This document shows, piece after piece, positions 57,673 to 64,000 of a stretch of DNA of 64,000 bases. The position numbers and the translations under genes were made by a program. Within the stretch, counting starts at the first letter, position 1; the number at the start of each line of letters is the position of its first letter. The notes below the pieces were generated by a model, which saw nothing but the letters and a program-made list of their open reading frames with translations, ran no database searches and had not been told where the DNA came from. Source of the stretch: Candidatus Omnitrophota bacterium (lineage in GTDB: Bacteria; Omnitrophota; Gorgyraeia; Tantalellales; Tantalellaceae); contig JBDRKO010000026.1 in NCBI GenBank assembly GCA_043813915.1, positions 66,236 through 130,235 of the forward strand, read 5' to 3'.

Positions 57673-58866
57673 ATGATGAATATGGATACGAACGGAATAA
57701 AGAAACTATATGATGAATACGTGCTTTCTACCTACGTAAGGCAGGACCTTTGCCTGGTAAAGGGGAAAGGTGTATGGGTGGAAGATATTGAGGGGAAGAA
57801 ATATCTGGATCTTTTTCCGGGGTGGGCCGTGAGCGGGACAGGGCATTGTCATCCGAAGGTCGTCGAACGGATAGAGAACCAGCTAAAAAAAATAATGCAT
57901 GTATCGAATAATTTTTACAGCGAAAATCAGCCGCAGCTTGCTAAGAAAATAATAGAACATTCTTTTTCGGGAAAAGTGTTCTTTTCCAATTCGGGGGCCG
58001 AAGCGAACGAGGGAGCTATAAAATTCGCTCGGAAATACGGAAGTTCTTCTTCCAGGTATGAGATCATAACAATGGAAAAGTCTTTTCATGGACGCACTCT
58101 CGCTACTTTGACCGCTACAGGGCAGGATAAGGTCAAAAAGGGATTTGCGCCTCTGCCGGAAGGATTTAAACACGTTCCTTTTAACGATATAAAAGCGTTT
58201 TCCTCGGCGATAACGGAAAAGACAATAGCGGTAATGATAGAGCCTATACAGGGAGAAGGCGGGATCAATGTTCCCGGCAAAGCCTATATGAAAGAACTTG
58301 AACGTATATGCAGGAAAAAAGACATACTGCTCATATGTGATGAAGTCCAGACCGGGATGGGTCGGACGGGGAAAATGTTCGCGTTCAGCCATTTTGGGAT
58401 CGAACCGGACGCCATTACTCTTGCAAAGGCTCTTGGCGGCGGAATGCCTATCGGGGCATTGGTTGTAAATAAAAAACATGACGGAGTGCTTACTCCCGGA
58501 TCACATGCCACGACATTCGGGGGAAGTCCCATAGCCTGCGCGGCCGCTTTGGGGGTTTTTGACGCGATAGAGCAGGAAAAGCTTCTGGAGAATGCCGATA
58601 AAATGGGAAAATATCTTATGGAAGCGATAAAGAATATGGCTGACCCGAAAGGGCGGATAAAAGAGATCAGGGGCATAGGTCTTATGATAGGAGTGGAGCT
58701 TAATACGGAAGAAGGGACGGCGATAGCTGAAGCATGCATGAAAGAAGGGCTTCTTCTGAACTGCACACAGGGGAATGTGCTTAGGATAATGCCGCCTATA
58801 AACATTAAAAAAGAGGAAGCGGATATGGCTATCGGAAAGCTTTCTAAAGTTATGGAGCACATATGA
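57673..58866 (+). CDS. argD: acetylornithine aminotransferase (class III PLP aminotransferase)
   Basis: FSNSGAEANEGAIK, DEVQTGMGRTGKMFA, PLP-lysine ITLAKALGGG. Confidence 0.8.
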   Translation: MMNMDTNGIKKLYDEYVLSTYVRQDLCLVKGKGVWVEDIEGKKYLDLFPGWAVSGTGHCHPKVVERIENQLKKIMHVSNNFYSENQPQLAKKIIEHSFSGKVFFSNSGAEANEGAIKFARKYGSSSSRYEIITMEKSFHGRTLATLTATGQDKVKKGFAPLPEGFKHVPFNDIKAFSSAITEKTIAVMIEPIQGEGGINVPGKAYMKELERICRKKDILLICDEVQTGMGRTGKMFAFSHFGIEPDAITLAKALGGGMPIGALVVNKKHDGVLTPGSHATTFGGSPIACAAALGVFDAIEQEKLLENADKMGKYLMEAIKNMADPKGRIKEIRGIGLMIGVELNTEEGTAIAEACMKEGLLLNCTQGNVLRIMPPINIKKEEADMAIGKLSKVMEHI

Positions 58867-59777
58867 AAAAGGATCTTATTACGATAGATGATATGAGCGA
58901 AAAAGAAATATGGGATATCCTGAAACTTGCGAAAAAACTGAAAAAGGCCCCGCTTTCAAGGAAAAGCGCGTTAAAGGATAAGACCCTGGCCCTTCTCTTT
59001 CAGAAACCATCCAACAGGACAAGGATATCTTTTGAAGTTGCGATGGTACATCTGGGAGGGTATGTACTTTACCTAAGCCCTCGGGAAATAAAGATGGGGA
59101 CAAGGGAGTCCGTAAAAGACGTGGCACGCGTGATCTCACGTTATGTCGATGGTATAGTCGCGAGGGTCTTCTCTCACGATGATGTGAACGCTCTGGCCGC
59201 GTATTCGGATGTTCCGGTGATAAACGGGTTGTCTGATCTGGGGCATCCGTGTCAGGCGCTCAGCGATATCTTTACGGTGCTGGAGAAGAAAAAAACGCTT
59301 AAGAACGTAAAGGTCGCGTATGTCGGGGACGGGAACAATGTCCTGAATTCTTTACTTATGGTCTGCGCCAAAACAGGGGTGAACATGGGTATTGGGACTC
59401 CCGAAGGATACGGGCCCAAAAAAGAGATACTGGACGCGGCGATGGAAGTAGCGGCAAAAAAAGGCGGAACGATAGAATTGTCCAACGATCCTCATAAAGC
59501 CGTTAGCGGAAGTGATATAGTATACACGGACGTTTGGACCAGTATGGGACAGGAGGAAGAACGTGAAGAAAGAATGCGTATTTTCCGTGAGTTCCAGGTG
59601 AACGAAAGCCTATTGAGGTCCGCTAGGGAAGATACTCTCATAATGCATTGTCTTCCCGCTCATAGGGGAGAAGAGATAACGGATATCATAGACGGTAAAA
59701 ATTCGATAGTTTATGATCAGGCAGAGAACAGGATGCATGTGCAGAAAGCGATACTTTTAAAACTGCTTAGTAAATAG
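58863..59777 (+). CDS. argF: ornithine carbamoyltransferase
   Basis: SNRTRISFE (STRTR carbamoyl-phosphate motif), HCLP motif; 4-nt overlap with argD. Confidence 0.85.
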   Translation: MKKDLITIDDMSEKEIWDILKLAKKLKKAPLSRKSALKDKTLALLFQKPSNRTRISFEVAMVHLGGYVLYLSPREIKMGTRESVKDVARVISRYVDGIVARVFSHDDVNALAAYSDVPVINGLSDLGHPCQALSDIFTVLEKKKTLKNVKVAYVGDGNNVLNSLLMVCAKTGVNMGIGTPEGYGPKKEILDAAMEVAAKKGGTIELSNDPHKAVSGSDIVYTDVWTSMGQEEEREERMRIFREFQVNESLLRSAREDTLIMHCLPAHRGEEITDIIDGKNSIVYDQAENRMHVQKAILLKLLSK

Positions 59778-59873
59778 ATAGAGGCTAGATGGTGAACGGG
59801 TAATCGCATAGGGCACAGAGCATAGGGCATAGGGAAGATAGGGTCAGAACGACAAAGCACAAATGACAAATGA

Positions 59874-59970
59874 CCCCGCCCTTTTAAAGGGAAAAGGGCG
59901 GGGTTAATTCGGCCGTATAACTTATGTTCGTTATCACTCCATAAGTTATGGCCTCATTAAGGAGAATGTA
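59874..59970 (+). promoter_or_regulatory. conserved structured leader (GC hairpin + ATAACTTATG/CATAAGTTAT hairpin + RBS) upstream of argG
   Basis: 56 nt identical to the argH leader (61262-61317); related copy upstream of leuC (46931-47044). Confidence 0.5.
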
Positions 59971-61140
59971 ATGAAAAAGAAGATCGTACTTGCGTATTCC
60001 GGAGGTCTGGATACCTCGGTGGCCATAAAATGGCTTATGGAGAGGGAGTATGAAGTAATATGCTTTATGGGAGACGTAGGGCAAGGCGCCGATACGGAAA
60101 AAGCGCGCAAGCGGGCTTTGAAAATAGGGGCATCTAAGTGTAAAGTTGCCGACCTTAAAGAGAAATTCCTGAAAGAATACGCGTTCCAGGCGTTGAAGAC
60201 AGGGGCTAAATATCAGGGAAAGTATAATCTCGCGACGGCATTATCCCGTCCGATCATTGCCGAAGCTATGTCGGACTTCGCAAAGAAAGAGAAAGCGTCC
60301 GCTGTGGCTCACGGATGTACGGGTAAAGGGAACGATCAGGTGCGGTTCGAAGCGACATTCCAGATGAAAATACCTAATGTCAAAGTGATCGCGCCTGTAA
60401 GGGAGTGGGAACTTAAAACACGCGAAGATGAGATAGATTACGCGAAAGAACACGGTATACCGATAGAGCAGACAAAAAAGAAACTTTATAGCGTTGATCT
60501 GAACCTTTGGGGTATAAGTGTGGAAGGCGGAAAACTGGAAGATCCGTGGATCGAACCCCCGCCGGATACGTTCATAACGGTGGTTCCGCCCGAGAAGGCT
60601 CCTAATAAGGCTGTATATCTCACAATATCGTTCAAGAAGGGTATACCCATAGGAATAAACGGCAGGGAGTACCCCGCGATCGAGCTGGTGAAAAAGCTCA
60701 ACAAGATCGGAGGTATACACGGAATAGGCAGAGTGGACATGGTAGAAGACAGGCTTGTCGGAATAAAGTCCCGAGAGGTGTACGAAGCTCCGGGATCGGA
60801 AATACTTTATAGCGCTCATTCCGCGCTGGAGGAACTGGTATTGGACCGGGCAACGCTTAAATATAAAAGCGCGATAGCCGCAAGGTACGCTGATCTTGTA
60901 TATAACGGTCTGTGGTTCACTCCGCTGAAAAAGGCTATAGATGCTTTTGTAGATAAGACGCAAGAGAACGTTGTCGGTGAAGTCAGGGTAAAACTTTACA
61001 AAGGCAAAGTGACCGTTTGCGGACGGAAAAGTCCGAGATCGAGGTATAAAGAAAAACTTGCAACGTACGGCGAAGGAGACATCTTCGACCAATCATTGGC
61101 GAAGGGTTTTATCGATCTCTGGGTGATGCCGTATAGATAG
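59971..61140 (+). CDS. argG: argininosuccinate synthase
   Basis: AYSGGLDTS PP-loop, GCTGKGNDQVRFE motif. Confidence 0.9.
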   Translation: MKKKIVLAYSGGLDTSVAIKWLMEREYEVICFMGDVGQGADTEKARKRALKIGASKCKVADLKEKFLKEYAFQALKTGAKYQGKYNLATALSRPIIAEAMSDFAKKEKASAVAHGCTGKGNDQVRFEATFQMKIPNVKVIAPVREWELKTREDEIDYAKEHGIPIEQTKKKLYSVDLNLWGISVEGGKLEDPWIEPPPDTFITVVPPEKAPNKAVYLTISFKKGIPIGINGREYPAIELVKKLNKIGGIHGIGRVDMVEDRLVGIKSREVYEAPGSEILYSAHSALEELVLDRATLKYKSAIAARYADLVYNGLWFTPLKKAIDAFVDKTQENVVGEVRVKLYKGKVTVCGRKSPRSRYKEKLATYGEGDIFDQSLAKGFIDLWVMPYR

Positions 61141-61227
61141 TATCTAGTATTTAGTGAATAGTGAATGGTCTTAAAAAGAAGATGTAGAAAAGACTATATT
61201 TTGTGGTTAATAGACTGTTTAAAAGGA

Positions 61228-61319
61228 TCCCGCCCTTTTACAAAAGGGCGGGATTAATTCGGCCGTATAACTTATGTTCGTTATCACTCCATAAGTTATG
61301 GCCTCATTAAGGAGTTGTC
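61228..61319 (+). promoter_or_regulatory. conserved structured leader upstream of argH (second copy)
   Basis: cccgcccttttacaaaagggcggg hairpin then ttaattcggccgtataacttatgttcgttatcactccataagttatggcctcattaaggag identical to argG copy. Confidence 0.5.
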
Positions 61320-62693
61320 ATGAATAAACTATGGGGGGGACGGTTCTCTGGAAAAGAGATCGATCCGGAAGTTATGAAGTTCACTTCCAGCTTGGATGTA
61401 GATAAAGTCCTGGCCAAGTATGATTGTCATAGCAGCAAAGTCCATGTGGATATGCTTTCAAAAAAAGGGTTTATTTCCGGAGAAGAAAAAAAGATATTAA
61501 CGGAAGCCTTGGATGAACTTGCCGCCAAGATAGAGGACGAGTCTGTGCCCTTGGAGGGGTATGAGGATATACATTCGTTCGTACAGGACTATGTTGCCCG
61601 GAAGTCTCCCGACGCCGCGAAAAAAATGCATACCGGAAGGTCGAGGAACGAACAGGTCGTCAATGACGTTCGTTTATATGTTAAGGACTCCATAAGGAAC
61701 ATAAAGGGGTTCATAAAAGAGTTCCAAAAGGAAATGGTGGGGCTTGCGGAAAGGTCCGACGGAGCGATATTGCCCGGATATACACACCTGAACCGCGCTC
61801 AGCCTGTTCTTTTTGCGCACCTCATAATGGCTTACGTAGAGATGATGGAAAGGGATATCGAAAGGCTTGATAGCGCGCTCTGCCGTACTGATATTTCCGT
61901 GATGGGATCCGGCGCGCTTGCGGGATCCGCGCTTGATATCGACCGCAAATTTGTCGCCGAAAGGTCCGGGTTCGCGGGGACATCGCCGAACAGCATAGAC
62001 GCCGTCAGCGACAGGGATTTTATCGCGGAATTCATCGGAGCTTTATGCCTGACGGGACTGCACCTTTCAAGGATATGTGAAGATCTGATATTGTACGGGA
62101 CCCCTGAATTCGGGTTTCTGCAGATAGGGGAAAAGTATTGTACAGGAAGCTCGCTCATGCCGCAGAAAAAGAATCCTGATGTGCTTGAACTTGTCAGGGG
62201 AAGGTCTTCTCAGCTTATCGGAGCGTTCACTTCCATATTCGTTCTGCTTAAAGGGCTTCCTCATTCATATAACCGAGATATGCAGGAAGATAAAAAACCT
62301 TTATTCGAATCGGTCGATAATATTTCCGGCAGCCTCCGCATAATGAAAGGCGTGATGTCCGACGTGGTATTGAACAGGGAAAACATGTTAAAAGCGCTTG
62401 AAAACGAGTTCATCTACGCGACGGATATAGCTGAATATCTTGTGCGTAAAGGGGAATCTTTCGGCAATGCCCATAACATAGTCGGAGGAATAGTCAAACA
62501 GTGTTCGGCGTCCGGGAAAAATATCTCGGATCTTTCTTTGGCGGAACTTAAAGAACATTCGGACGATCTGGAAGAAGATGTGTATGGTCTGCTTGACCCG
62601 GAGACTTCGGTTAAGAACAAAGTTACCGCGGGGAGCACGAATCCGGGATATGTCGGCAAAGAGATAGCCCGCTGGCAGAAGAAACTTAAGTGA
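61320..62693 (+). CDS. argH: argininosuccinate lyase
   Basis: LWGGRFSG N-terminus, fumarate-lyase signature GSSLMPQKKNPD. Confidence 0.9.
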   Translation: MNKLWGGRFSGKEIDPEVMKFTSSLDVDKVLAKYDCHSSKVHVDMLSKKGFISGEEKKILTEALDELAAKIEDESVPLEGYEDIHSFVQDYVARKSPDAAKKMHTGRSRNEQVVNDVRLYVKDSIRNIKGFIKEFQKEMVGLAERSDGAILPGYTHLNRAQPVLFAHLIMAYVEMMERDIERLDSALCRTDISVMGSGALAGSALDIDRKFVAERSGFAGTSPNSIDAVSDRDFIAEFIGALCLTGLHLSRICEDLILYGTPEFGFLQIGEKYCTGSSLMPQKKNPDVLELVRGRSSQLIGAFTSIFVLLKGLPHSYNRDMQEDKKPLFESVDNISGSLRIMKGVMSDVVLNRENMLKALENEFIYATDIAEYLVRKGESFGNAHNIVGGIVKQCSASGKNISDLSLAELKEHSDDLEEDVYGLLDPETSVKNKVTAGSTNPGYVGKEIARWQKKLK

Positions 62694-62729
62694 GCTGTTG
62701 AAAAGTTCATTGAGCAAAGGGAGAATGAC

Positions 62730-63980
62730 ATGCATGAGTTCAGCTACAATAACGGAACACTTTTTTGCGAAGATATTCCCGTGACAGAAATCGTCAAGGA
62801 ACATCAGACGCCGTTCTATCTGTACAGTTACAAGACCATAATAGCGCATTTTAATAAGATAAAGGAGGCGTTCAGGGAAGTCGATCCGCTTATATGTTTT
62901 TCTATGAAATCAAACTCTAATCTTAGCATATGCAAAGCGCTGGTGGACGAAGGGGCCGGACTGGATATAGTCTCGGGCGGAGAGCTTTTTAAAGCATTGA
63001 AGGTCGGATGTCCTCCGGAGCGTATAGTCTACGCCAGCGTCGGGAAGACGGAGAAAGAGGTCAGAGCAGCGGTCCGGAAAGGGATATTGTTCTTTAACGT
63101 AGAATCCCTGCCGGAACTTATTATGATAGATACGATAGCCGGTAAGCTTAAAAAAAAGATAAAGGTAGCGCTGCGTATAAATCCGGATGTAAAAGCGGAT
63201 ACTCATGATTATATAACCACCGGAACCAAAGAAAAAAAGTTCGGGATAGATTTTAAGACAGCGGAGGATATCTTCGATAACGCTAATAAATATCCGCACG
63301 TTATGCTTAAAGGTATACATGTGCATATCGGTTCACAGATAACCGATATAACGCCTTTTGTCACCTCCTTAAAAAAAGTGATGAAATTCATCGAGGAAGG
63401 GAATATAGCAATAGAGTGGCTTAATATAGGCGGTGGGTTCGGGATAGTCTATAATGAGGAAAAAACCACTACCGCGCAGGAATTTGCCAAGGCTATATTG
63501 CCTTTGGTGAGAGATAAGGGTCTGAAACTTATTTTAGAGCCAGGACGTTTTATAGTGGGGAACGCGGGTATTCTTGTGAGCAAGGTCATTTATGTGAAAA
63601 CAGGATCTACCGGGAAGAAATTCGCTATAATGGATGCCGGGATGAACGACCTCATAAGACCCAGTCTTTATGAGGCATATCATGAAATAAAACCGATCGT
63701 GCGGAGAGAGGCGGAAGAAATAGTATATGATGTTGTAGGACCCATATGCGAGAGCGGTGATTATCTGGCTCTTGACAGGAAGATGCCTGAACTCGTTCCG
63801 GGAGAATATGTAGCGGTAATGAGCACCGGGGCATACGGGTTTACGATGGCTTCCAACTATAATTCCCGTCCCAGACCGGCGGAACTTTTGGCGGTGAACG
63901 GGAGCGTAAAGGTCGTACGTAAAGCGGAGACGTACAGAGACCTTATCCGAGGGGAAAGGATATTAAAGGAATTTAAGTGA
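62730..63980 (+). CDS. lysA: diaminopimelate decarboxylase
   Basis: PLP-lysine region FSMKSNSNLSI, GGGFG motif, EPGRFIVGNAG. Confidence 0.85.
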   Translation: MHEFSYNNGTLFCEDIPVTEIVKEHQTPFYLYSYKTIIAHFNKIKEAFREVDPLICFSMKSNSNLSICKALVDEGAGLDIVSGGELFKALKVGCPPERIVYASVGKTEKEVRAAVRKGILFFNVESLPELIMIDTIAGKLKKKIKVALRINPDVKADTHDYITTGTKEKKFGIDFKTAEDIFDNANKYPHVMLKGIHVHIGSQITDITPFVTSLKKVMKFIEEGNIAIEWLNIGGGFGIVYNEEKTTTAQEFAKAILPLVRDKGLKLILEPGRFIVGNAGILVSKVIYVKTGSTGKKFAIMDAGMNDLIRPSLYEAYHEIKPIVRREAEEIVYDVVGPICESGDYLALDRKMPELVPGEYVAVMSTGAYGFTMASNYNSRPRPAELLAVNGSVKVVRKAETYRDLIRGERILKEFK

Positions 63981-64000
63981 TGAAAACGAAATACAATATC

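Overview
The window is a gene-dense bacterial chromosomal segment, all on the + strand except one gene, with no rRNA, tRNA, CRISPR array, transposase or integrase detected. Its layout is as follows. (1) Positions 3-1460 hold an RtcB-like RNA ligase. (2) Positions ~1.4-28.9 kb hold a very large surface-polysaccharide / glycoconjugate locus. It contains about 15 glycosyltransferases, including three ArnT/PMT-like membrane GT-C enzymes, GT1/GT4, GT2, GT9 and GT28 families and a WbaP-like initiating phosphotransferase. It also has WecB, an NAD-dependent epimerase/dehydratase, a hexapeptide acetyltransferase, a CE4 deacetylase and a GmhB-like phosphatase. Embedded in this locus is an unusual acyl-carrier-protein-centred tailoring module: an FkbH-like HAD-IIIC loader, an ACP, a GNAT/FemAB-like acyltransferase, a GT2-methyltransferase fusion and a divergently transcribed MaoC-dehydratase/SDR-reductase fusion. 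(3) Positions 29-34 kb hold a family-4 UDG, a secreted chymotrypsin-fold peptidase whose nucleophile appears to be Cys (GDCGSP) in an AT-rich islet, priA and fmt. (4) Downstream are a coiled-coil/beta-barrel OprO/P-like porin, gap-pgk-tpiA-secG, and an Opp/Dpp-type ABC peptide importer (SBP, two permeases, two ATPases). (5) Next are short archaeal-type leuC-leuD, leuB, asd and truA. (6) A small AbrB/MazE-like gene follows, overlapping a tiny basic ORF, behind a promoter carrying three 11-bp-phased direct repeats. (7) Then rplM-rpsI. (8) The window ends with a complete arginine operon argC-J-B-D-F-G-H followed by lysA. Nearly every intergenic gap is filled with a combinatorial mosaic of at least 12 short repeat-module families, and three 170-350 bp segments are duplicated at distant sites; these modules generate many spurious ORFs and in one case extend a gene's 3' end. 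A 56-nt identical hairpin-plus-RBS leader precedes argG and argH, with a related copy before leuC. All functional calls are by motif recognition from the translated ORFs; no database search was possible.
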